A DNA stretch of 64,000 bases from the human T2T-CHM13v2.0 reference genome, Homo sapiens. The DNA lies in the NCBI RefSeq assembly GCF_009914755.1, contig NC_060932.1; one strand, given 5' to 3'. The notes under the pieces are model-generated. The model was not told the DNA's origin. It ran no database searches and was given only the letters and a program-made list of their open reading frames with translations. Positions 42,297 to 54,164 of the stretch are shown piece after piece. Within the stretch, counting starts at the first letter, position 1, and the number at the start of each line of letters is the position of its first letter. The position numbers and the translations under genes are program-made.

Positions 42297-42687
42297 GAAT
42301 GACAAAACCATAGAGACAGTAAAAAGATTCAGAGTTGCTAAGAGTTCGGGGTGTAGTAGGGAAGAATGAATTGGTGGAAAGGAGGGCATATCTGGGGGAA
42401 TTTAATTATTCTGCATGATACTGTAGTGGGGGACATTACATATTTGTCAAAATCTATAGACTGTACAACACAAACAGTGAATGAAGCCTGATGTAAACTA
42501 TGGACTTTAATACTAATATATTAATACCGGTTCATCAATTACACCAAACGCACCTCAAAATGCAAGATGTTAATAATAGGGGACATTGTGTGTGTGCATG
42601 AGGAGAGGAGGTGTATGGGAACTTTGCAGTTCCTGTTCAATTTTTCTGATAACTTAAAACTGCTCTAAAAAATAAAGTCATTAAAAA
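42297..42687 (+). mobile_element. L1MC 3' end
   Basis: CATTACATATTTGTCAAAA, TGTAAACTATGGACTTT, GGTTCATCAATT, ATGCAAGATGTTAATAATAGGGG, AAAACTGCTCTAAAAAATAAAGTC. Confidence 0.78.
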
Positions 42688-44751
42688 TGAGTGGATCAAC
42701 TTCGAATCATCAAAACTGCTATTTCTAAACCATGGAGGATGCTTTAGATTATTTGTGTATGGGGTATCAAGAAATATGAAATGGAAATAACATCAAGAGG
42801 GGAGGGACATATTCTTAAACAACTGGCTGTTGGAATAACCCCTCATGGGTGCCATTGCTGAGGTACGATGGGTAATGCCTTAGTCCTGTGTGTTGTGCCT
42901 GATAATCAACAGATGCCCTCCGCTAATGTTCTTTCAGTTTCTCAGAATCTAAACTTTTTTCCCCCAAATGATTTTCCATTTTGTCCGCTATTCTTAGCCA
43001 GAGCCTAATTATGTCTAGGTGTCATAATTAATGAAGCCATAAGAGTATAGCTATGCTGCTTTATAATACTATCTATTAGCCCTTTAATGATAAATTTACA
43101 AAACTCAAGTACAAGTAACTTATTCGGATTCAATCACGACACACCACCATACAGTCAAATAAAACAGCAGTAGTATATCTACCACTTTTTATAATATGCT
43201 AAACTAGAGAATAGACAAATACAGCTTAACCTTTCTGCAAATATATTTTGGAAGCACAGCATCAGTGAAGCCTGCTAGTACTTAACCCTTTACTTTTTTA
43301 CTTGCTGTTTCCTATAAGACCACACAGCAAAGGAGGACCTTTCTATCCAGCCCAGCTCTGTGGCTCAGTGCTACTGTATAGCTGGCCAGATGAGTCAAGA
43401 CCACATTCAAACCTGAATCCTGAAGTCTGCTCAAGAGCTTTTGGAACCGATGACAAGAAGGAAGAACAGAAACCCACTCTGAGTTTGCTGTTAACACCAG
43501 CCTGTACAGCTAAGGCCACTGGCATGTCTAGATTTTGCCCAGGAATAATCTGGACTTGTCTCTGGCTCATGTTAGTGAATTCATGTGATCACATCCCAGG
43601 CTCAGTTCCAGAGTGACACACGACCCCTGTAATCAGTCAATTGCGATTGTTCTTGCGTTGGGGGGTGGGATTCAGGTTAGGCAGTCTGGAGAGATAAGCT
43701 GAAACCACTCAAACTGGATGCCCTGATGCTATTGCTGGTCACAGGCAAAAAATGCATACACCAAAGGGGAATACGTGCCCCAAAAGCATTTCATTTATCA
43801 AAAGACTGTGACATTTTACAAATCTTCAGACCCTCAAGAATCTCCAAATACCATTATCACAAATACTTTCTCCCATCAAATGCAGTAAAAAGTAACTGAA
43901 AAGCGACTTCTTTAAATTAAGCATCAGCTGTTGACTTTCTTTTAGGGCTATATATTTTTAACAAATAAACCGAATTTTTAACTTGTGAAGAGTTGCACCT
44001 TATGGGTGAAGACACCACAGCCATGCTGGCTGGGGAGACCTGGGGAGCTGGTTATGCTCACTGAGCAGCTATGGAACTCCCTCCTGGACATAAGCTCTGC
44101 GGAGGTCAACTGTGACCAGCTGCAACAATAAATGGGGAATTTCTGAATGCTAGGCATCACCTGTACTTAAAAACTTAATGACAAATTATTTTCCTAACCA
44201 GCAATTTGATGAGTATCTGAGGTTTTCTTTTCTTTAATAACTGAAATAGTGTTTTATGAGCTCTCTAGTTGGCTTAGGAGAAAATAATCTAGTTTCTTTT
44301 TCTTAAACATATAAGGCTTTAACAAAAAGCATACTCAATCATACATGGAACATGCTGAGCATACTCTCCTCCTGCTAAGGTACACGTGGGTCCCTGAGAC
44401 ATCTCCAAGCTCCTTTCAATCTCTTATACATCTGTGAACTCACATAGCTGATAAAGATTTTCATCTAGAATGGAGAACAAGTCTGCTAAAGGTGAAGCGC
44501 TATTTCTACTTTTTATATAGTCTTTTCTCAACAATAAACTGCTTCAAAATTGTGCTGATTTTGATGTTTTTAAAAATCTGTGACATATTAAGTGTAAGTT
44601 AGTTTACTGATCTGACTCTTAAAACTTGACAGCAGAGGCGATAACCTAATTGATTCAGGGACCGTCCTTGTGATTTGCTTTGACGTACAAGTATTTCAAG
44701 AAAATTATTAGAAAAATTTAAAAATAAAAGCAATTGGCACATAAAAACCCA

Positions 44752-44990
44752 AGTCTTGGTTGATGGCAACACCATTCTTGCAGTTGCTCAAGCCAAAACC
44801 TTTGAGTCATCCTTGACAACTCCCGTTCTCTCACACACCATATCCACTGTCAGCAAATCCAGCTGGCACCACCTTCGGAGTATATTCCCCCTACCCAGCC
44901 ATTTCACATGCTCTGGTTCACTGTCACCTCACCAGAGTTAGTACAAAGGTAACTGACCTCCCTACTTCGATCCTCCTCTCTGCCATTTTA
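44752..44990 (+). mobile_element. L2 LINE fragment
   Basis: ATGGCAACACCATTCTTGCAGTTGCTCAAGCCAAAACCTTTGAGTCATCCTTGAC...TCAGCAAATCC. Confidence 0.65.
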
Positions 44991-46943
44991 TTTCCTTCCA
45001 CATTGTCTTGAAAGTGCTTAATAACCAAAAACACATTCCTGGGTTATGGCACCATAGGTAAGAAAATGCAAAAAATAGGAGCTGTGAGCCTTTCTTTTGG
45101 ACTGTGACATTATTCATTCATGAGAGACCTAAATTTGAGAAAACCAATTATCCTGTGTAGACAGTTGCAGCCCGTAAGAAGAAATCAGTCTGTTAAGCAA
45201 GGAATACTCTTGATAGGGATAAGAACCAACTGGCTCCACAGGTGTCAGTTTAAAATCAGAGGTGTGATTTCTGAGTTACCTGCACCTAGTAAGAAATGAG
45301 TCTTTCAATCTTGATTTGGTTCTCTGATAAGACAGACTCCTCTGCAAGGCTCAGCACAGGTACACATAGGGCCCTGAGATGTCTGTCCCAACTTCTAACT
45401 TGCAATCTTTTATACATCTACTAACTGACGAAGCTGATAAAGACTTTGGTCTAGAATAGACAATAATTCTGCTAAAGCTCCATTCTCAGTAAACTTGATT
45501 TGGGAAGATGACTTATGTGAACCCATCTTCACCATCTATTCATTACTGAATGTTAATTTTCTCCATAAATTCCTTTTTTTTAAAGAGATAGGACGTGGAA
45601 TAATAACTTTAAGACAGAATTCTTATGTCCTGGTTTAAAACAAGTTATATCACCAGTGAATAAGTTGTCCTCTTTGCCAAGGCAGGAGTTCCTGTCTTCC
45701 TTTTCTCTAAAAGCAATATCAAGTTATTTAGATATAAAATGTAAACTATTATGTTATTTAGTTATTTCTAAATAATATAAAATGTAAACTATTATGCCCC
45801 GTGTTACACTAAGGGACATAATATCCCTAACGAAGTCTGGTATTTGATATTTCAAGGGCCTAAACTTTTGCAGAGGTGTTATGATATAGGCTTTGAAAGT
45901 ATTAATAGCCACAGAGTAGGTGAGGCCACTCTGAGCCACAAGTGATTTTTGTCAATGAGATAAAAAGTTAAACCACATTACTTCATTATACAAATGCATC
46001 CACAGATTCGTAGGGAGAGGAGAGGAGCCAAGATTCACACGAAGAATGTTCACATGCCTTTTGTAAAAGGCTATCCATTATGGGGAATCATTGTCATGTT
46101 TCTAAAGATCTAGGTGATACACTCCTTCTTACAGTCTGGTGCCAGGAAAAATGTGTTCTCTGATCTTAACTCCTGTGCTTCCTTGTATCATACAACATGA
46201 ACTACGGGATCGATTGTTTCTCTTTTTGTTAAGGCTACCTAGAAACTTGGAGTAAAACTATCCTCAATGTATGCACACGGTAATCCTTTCTAATCACATG
46301 ACTCTATTTTTATACCCCCAAAATCAGGAATTCTATCATGTATGTAACTCATTATAGTGTCCTGCAAATACTTTTTGGAAAGCAGAATAAATAAATGAAA
46401 CAAAACATTCCTGGATTAATAAGCTCTTGTAATACTAAGTTTTCTGAACTCTAGCCCCCTGCAGTGTGTTCATGCTCAGGGGACATATGTAATAATTTGG
46501 GAATAGCGGTGTCTACTATTCAGCCTCCTTTTGTAAGATTTCTTTTTGTCCATCACCAGAACATTTTTTAAGCTTGGAAAATAAGTACTTATTTTTAATT
46601 AAGTACTTTATAGACTTTATTCCTTAACATTTGATCAAAAACTTAATAAGCTTAAAGGCTATATTCTCCAGATAGGACAGATCAAAGGCACATTTCTAAT
46701 CCTTGATTGGAATATGCCAAATAATTGGTTATTCTACTTCATTGTGCTTTATAAAACTTATCTAAGACTTACCTTCTCATGTTATTTATGGGTTGAGAAA
46801 AATCTGATGTAGAAATATTTAAGGGATGTTTTCTTCTTGGAATAATTTTTGGAGAAAGGTCCTTTATAATGAGGGTCATTCAAAAGTTCAAAAACATTAC
46901 CATTAAATAAAATGAAAACTTCTCTTTAAAACGTAATCACTGC

Positions 46944-47975
46944 AACCCACCGAATGGGAGAAAATGTTTGCAAATCATGTATCTGATAAGGGGTTAGTAT
47001 CTAGAATACATAAAGAACTCCCACACTTCAACAACAACAAAACAACCTGATTGAAAAATGGGCAAAGGACTTGAATAAACATTTCTGCAAAGAGACACAA
47101 ATGTCCAATAAGCACTTAAAAAGACATTCAGCATCATTAAGCATAAAGTAATGCATATCAAAACCACAATGAGATACTATTTCACACCCATAAGGATGGC
47201 TACTATTAAAAAAAAAAAAACAGAGAATAACAAGCGTTAGCAAGGATGTGGAGAAACCGAAGGCCCTGTCCACTGCCAGAGGGAATGGAAAATGGTGCAG
47301 CTACTGTTAAAACAGTATGGTGGTTCCTAAAAACATTAAAAATAGAATTACCACATAATCCACCAATCCTACTTTTCAGTATATACTAAAAAAAAAACTG
47401 AAAGCAGGGTCTCAAAGTGATATTTATACACCCATGTTCATAGCACCATTATTTATAATAGTCCAAAGGCGGAAGCAATCCTAATGTCAATGAATGAATA
47501 AACAAAATGTGTTCTATGCATTCTAGATACTCTTTATCAGAGAGATGATCTGCAAATCATCTCTCTGATAAATGGGAGAGATGATCTCCCATTCAGTGCT
47601 ATGCAGTGATTATATACATACTGGAATATTATTCAGACTTAAAAAGGAAATTCTGATACATGCCCCAACATGGATGAATCTTGAAGACATTAAGTTAAGT
47701 GAAATAAGCCAGTCACAAAAAGACAAATATTACACGCGGTACCTAGAGTAGTCAAATTCAGAGACAGAAAGTAGAACAGTAATTTCCAGGGGGTTGGAGG
47801 AGGGGAGAATAAAGCATTATTGTTTAATGGGTACAGATTGTTAGTTTTGCAAGATGAAAATGTTCTGAAGATTGGTTGCACAGCAATGTGGGTCTACTAC
47901 TATTGAAATGTATATACTTAAATGGTCAAGATGGTAAATTTTATGTTATACATATTTTACAAACCTAAAAATAAA
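46944..47975 (+). mobile_element. L1MB 3' ~1 kb (end of ORF2 plus 3'UTR)
   Basis: GAATGGGAGAAAATGTTTGCAAATCATGTATCTGATAAGG...AAAACCACAATGAGATAC...GAAATAAGCCAGTCACAAAAAGACAAATA...AAGATGGTAAATTTTATGTTA. Confidence 0.85.
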
Positions 47976-49254
47976 AGAAAGTCACCTAATGTACTACTAT
48001 TTACAGAGCATCTTATATGTCCAGAGGAAGTGAGGAGAGAAAAAACAAAGGCTGGGCTCTCCGTTGAGAAGTAGCTGCATGCAACCCAGCCCTGGCATGC
48101 TAAGAATCTAATAGAGGAAACAGCTGTAATGTATAGCAATAACTGATGGGCATTTTAAGGAAAGAGGTGTCAGAACTTTGTAAAATGCAGGCAGACTTAT
48201 GTGTGTTTCTCTAGCTTTTAACATAAAGCCTGGCATGGAGGCTGTCTTCAACAAATATTAGCGGATGAATAAATAGGTAAAAAAGAGAGAAACATAAAAG
48301 ATAACCCCAAGATTTCTAACTTGGTATACAAATAAATGACCTCACTATGGTCTGAGAGTGATGACAAGTTCTGTTTTAGACAAGTAGGATTTTACATGAC
48401 ATAGGCATCTGTAGTTGGAGATACAGGGCTGCTATGCAAATTAAAGGTCAAGGTTCTAAACGGAACTGTGAGCGTCATGTCACAGAAGATGAGTTCAACG
48501 AAAGGTGGTTGAACTCACCAAATAAGTGAGTCAAAAAAGCAAAGAACTGGGGACTGAGACAAAAGTGTCCTTGGGTGAAGGAAACAAGAAGGTAAATGGA
48601 ACAGCAGTAACATACAGGTGGAAGGGGAACTTCTAATAGAGCTGTTCACAGTTCTTGTTCTTTCATAAATCCTGGGCTTCTTTTAGGAGGTAAGTGGGCC
48701 AGATCTGAATTTGCCTTATCTCTGGGGCAGCTGCATGTTTCTCAGCCTGACTGGCTGATTCATGTGCAGTCACTGAAATGAGTCAGTCCTGGAGAAGGTG
48801 AGGGCTAGGGAAAGCTTGCTGAATTTGATAAGAACCTTTCAGAGAGCAGTTCTCACAAGGAGGCCACCCCAGAAGCCGGACTGAAGGGAGTTGGCGAGGA
48901 AGTGGGCAGAAGAAGCCGAGGAAGCAGGTGTGGGCCACATGCTGGAGACTTTTGACCCAGAAAGGAAGCAGGAAATCTGGATAGTAACCAGAAGGATTAG
49001 CTGGGTCAAGGAAAAAGACGTTTTACTTGTATTTTAAGAAAATGAGAGCTGATCCTGTCGGAAGGTGGGAAGGATGCCCACAGAACAGGAGAAAATGAAG
49101 CAGCTCTGAAAAGGTGACAATTGCTGGAGTTAAGTGCTGGATGAGCGAAAGAAAGGAAACAGGAAAGAATATAAGAACAGTGAAAGGGGTGATCCAGTGG
49201 TTTTAAGGATCCTAAAACTTGAAGGAGCCTAAGCTCAAAAAAGACCTAAAGTGT

Positions 49255-49450
49255 TGTGGGCTTTGGAACCAGGCAGACCCAGGTGCACACCCCACTTTAT
49301 CACATGTTGGCTAAATCACCTTAGTCTCAATTTCCTCACCTGTAAAATAGGGAGAATACTACTTCATAGAGTTGTTCTGGGATGAGGACGGATTTATATG
49401 AAGTACTTAGTACTAACATAGAGAGGTACTTAACAGATAAATGCCCACTA
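49255..49450 (+). mobile_element. MIR SINE
   Basis: GGGCTTTGGAACCAGGCAGACCCAGG...TCTCAATTTCCTCACCTGTAAAATAGGGAGAATACTACTTCATAGAGTTGTT. Confidence 0.65.
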
Positions 49451-52400
49451 TTAGTCTTCTGTTGAAATAAATAGTTGGCAGGGGAAATCTGGGGCTTAAA
49501 GTAAAGAGGTAAAGATTTGGAGTCAGCACTGTACAGAAGTTCTAACGAATGGAAGAAAGGCACATAAGAATCTATATGATTCTGCATTGTTCTCCAGCAG
49601 GGCTGTCTCTTCTGGGAGAAAAGAAGGGAAAAGGTGGCTTTGATGCAGGGTTGGAAACATGGAGCAAGGAGGATGGGGAGGATGGTGTAACCCATGACAG
49701 AGTTCTGGGTAGGAAGGAAGTATATAGAGCCAATGGGGGCCTTTGGACCAGAGGAAATAGACAGCGTGAAGTTAGGAACAAGTGAAAAATCAGGCAGGCC
49801 AAATTATTTAAAAATGGATGCATATTCTATAAAGTGATACTAGATATAGTCCTGACTCCATGTTCTTTTTAGCACTGGAGCAAACATCTGAAAGTGCTTG
49901 ATAAGAACTTCAGAACCTGAGAAGACCTTCTGGGTAACAATGAGAATTACCAATGTCAATGCTGTTTTTGTTCACATATCAGTGTTGTTATGCTTCTTGT
50001 CCTTTACCAATGGTCCACTATGGGTACAAATTTAAGCATGACTAGGAATTAGAGTAATTCAAGACTGTATAATGGGCAAAATACATGACGAGAGCTAGGG
50101 CTATTCAGCTGAATGACACACTAACCAAGTGATCGGATCATAAACTGATCTCATCTCCACTTAGCAGCTGCAAATGCCCATTAAATGCACACTGTGGTGC
50201 TCAAATGATTCCATTTTATAAATACTTATAAATACATTTTTAAAAATTAAGCAAACACCATTCACTCCTTAAAAGTGACATGCACCCTCTAGAACTCCTC
50301 CTTGAACTCACAGTTGAAAAACATTCTCTAAGGTAAAAAGATATCTGTTTTATATTATCTAAAATGGTTCTCTAGAAATCTCAAATCCACCAGTCTGCTA
50401 CCTCACTTTGTTCTGTCTAGATATGCCCAACTAGCGAAGAACAAAAAGATCTGTTCCTCTATCAGGCTTCTGATGCCGAACAGTATGAACATGAACTTGC
50501 TTGGGACTGTGCCCAAAACCATTGCGCATCTTAAGGTCTATCCTTTCCAAGGTACACATTTTGAAGTTACAGAATTTATGAGAGAACTGTTTTGTAAGGA
50601 ATGTTAAAACATTAGGGGTATAGTTATTCTCTCAGTGAACTTGTTTTATTCACTTCATGTTTCCTTGTAGGAACTGCTGCTCTGTCACTCTGTTTATTTC
50701 ACATTTGTTTGGTGACAAGGAATCATTCATTCTACAGTTCAACTAAGAAGCCCATACATATTTTTACTTTAAATCTTCAGTTTCTTGCTGCAACAGATAT
50801 TGAGGACAAAAATGTAACAAGCACAAGGGTATTTGCTTTGATTTATATTAAACTTCTGGTTTTGCTCTTGAAACTTCTGCTTTAACACACTTATTATAAA
50901 ACACTGTTTGAACTGAAAGGGGCTCTGAGAGTCCACATGATCCCTCCTGGTGACCAGGTAATTACTTTTCCTTCTATAGAGACCTGAGACTCAGAGAGAT
51001 TAAGGAACATATTCAAAGTCACACAGCAAAGTCATATGGCTATCCAGAGAAATGAATGGGCAGAGCCCAGGTCTCCTAACCTTTAGGATGAAGACTGGTG
51101 ACTATGTTGTGAAAAGAAGTTTCTTTATCACCATCTTCTAGATTTGTTTTAGCAAACATTTTATTATCATCTAGCTATACATTTTTCTTTCTACTATAGG
51201 AATTCATTTATATCTAGAGTTCATCTTCTTGTATTCATGCTTTCTCTGTGAATCTGTCACTGCTCTCCTTACTTCTCTATTCAATCTTTTATTTTAATAC
51301 ATTTATGCTTCCTATTGAAAAATGCACATTTTGAGCTTTCTTCTCCCAATGTATTTTTTTTTAACGAGTTTCGGCTGACCTTCAAATGAAAGAACACAGT
51401 TTAGGAAACATCTTACTAAAGACTGTAGGACAGATTTGGTTTTCATCAAGGTTAGGCTTTAGCAGGAACATTTTTAGGTGGTGTTAAAAATACTACAGAT
51501 TCATCCAACTCATAGTTGCCTTCCCCAAATCACCAAATTAGTAATTAACGCCTCCAAGTTTAAAAGGAAATATCAGAACATCATCTAGTTCTTCCTGAAT
51601 TCTTAAGAAGTTTTCTTATTTTTCCTCATGGGAGTCTCAAATTTGTTGAGTTTACCTATTTTTAGCATTTGCTGTGTTACACCAAAAACAAATTTTTCAT
51701 CCCAATACTCAACAGATAAAATGATAGCTTATCTGAGGACACTGAGAAAATGGAAGCAGAAACAAATATGTAAACCAGGGTGACTCGTTTCTGTTTAGTA
51801 CCCTTAAAGAAAAGTAACACTTTGGTGCAATTTGGGGAGCAAAGTCAGTTTTGAAGATGAATGCATGTACATCAAGATAAAAATATTTAATTTTCCTTCA
51901 TTAAAAATGGTGGTAGAAAAGCAAGTCAGGATTCAAGCCAACTAAGTACAAGAATCATGTTAAACCTTGGCTCAAATAACAGGAATCTTTTCCTCTGGTC
52001 CTCATAGATTGTTAGTGGACTGCTTCAAAGCTTACATACTTACCAAGCTTATAGGACTTGGGATATTCCTGACCAGCAGCCTGCTGTCTGCCTGGGTATC
52101 TCCTCTAGACACACTTTGATGAGCTTTTAACCTTTATTATCTCTGTGGTGGGATTGATTCTGGGCCCTGGGATGCCACGGCTGTTGGTGGGATGGATGGA
52201 CTCCTGCTGCAGCCACTGAGGAATGCAGGGTCTGCCCTCCTGGACTCCATTCCTTAGTGACAGATGCAATAACTTGAATGGAACTACTCCTCACCAATCC
52301 GAGGTTCAGACTGAGTCCAAAGAATCTCAAGAATTACTCTAGGCACAACGGGAATGTTGCACATCCCCCAAACAAGGGGGAGATTTAGGACGTCATTTCC

Positions 52401-53826
52401 ACGAGGCAGGAATTTCTAGAGGCCCAAGAATTCAGAATCTATGGACTGCCATCTTCTAACTGTGGGGAAGTCGACTGAATTGGTAGGGGTAGGGAAAGCT
52501 ACCCACCAACACCCCAGGCCCACCCTCCCCCTTGTTGCAAGTTGTCTAGTATTAGTTTTGGGGTCCAGGGCCTTGCCTGCTGCTTCGCCGCTATCTGACA
52601 GCTACTTTAGTGGGGTCTCCAGGATTGCGCTAGACATCAGGCTGTACTTGCCAAGTTAGACTTGTTCAATGTGCTAAGTCTTGGCCAGCGATAGGAGTAC
52701 TGGAAATAGTTCTTCCTGCCTTTTCAATACAATCATACTTGTCTTCTGACATGACAACAGATTTGGTGACAAAAGGATGTGCCCTCGCCTTACTGGCTGA
52801 CTCTGCCCTACCTGAAGCACAAATGTGAAAAATCCCCTTCCATTTAAGGCAGAGAACCCTGTAGCCATGAGGCTCTCTAGGATCCTGGTGGAAACTTGTA
52901 AAATGTATTTAAAATTTTGGACCTAAATGTTGCTGCAACAGACACAATGGGAGATGAGACTTCACAGGCAATGCTTTGTTATGGCATGAAGAAAACAGGG
53001 GCACAGAAAGCCCTTTTATAGTTTCATATGGAGTCTTGTGGGCTGACCAGTAACCCTGAAAACATGAGGGCTGTCAGGGCAAGGAGGGGCCTGTGGGGTC
53101 CATCATGTTGTTTGGAAGAATCACATCCTGCAGGGGCTCCCACTGCCCTGGCAGACAGGGCTTCTTCCAAGAGCTGGAAAACGGCATTTGTTCCACAGAA
53201 TAAGAAGGAGAGTTAAGAAGCCTCTTCCCATCCAAGACAAAGGGGCAGGCAACTGCACAGAAACTCGAGGGGCGGTTACTCACTGCTTGCAGCTATGCCA
53301 TCAGGAGCTTTTACTAACGTTACGCATGTCCTGCTGTCCTTGTCTTCCTAGTAACACTTCTCCAGGTTTCAGATAACTTTTGAATGTGTGTTCCCTAAAA
53401 TAATCAACCCTGGCTGTCTCCCCTGAAATTTTTTCATTGCTGTCCAAATCCTCATTTCCTGATCAACTAGATTTTCTACCTCCAACAAAACCTCAACATA
53501 CTTAATGATCTACACGTCTAGAAATGCTTTTACATTATTTGCTACTCTGGGCACACAGGTAATTCTGCCTAGTTCTAAATATCATGTTCACTCTTCTTTC
53601 CCTACTTATTACATACACTGCATACATCATTCTGCTCCAACCCCTCTGTAATGCTAGGGGTGAAAAGAAAACTTCTTCTCCCTTAAATCTCTCACTGGCA
53701 AAAGATCACTGCTGGCAACAGTAAATTATAAATATGAAGTTTCTCTGTAACGCTTTTCCGAGACGTCATAGTAACAACGGCTCAAAGCATGATCTTGTAT
53801 GGCAGAGTGAAATGAAAAGGTTCTGA

Positions 53827-54164
<338 letters not shown>

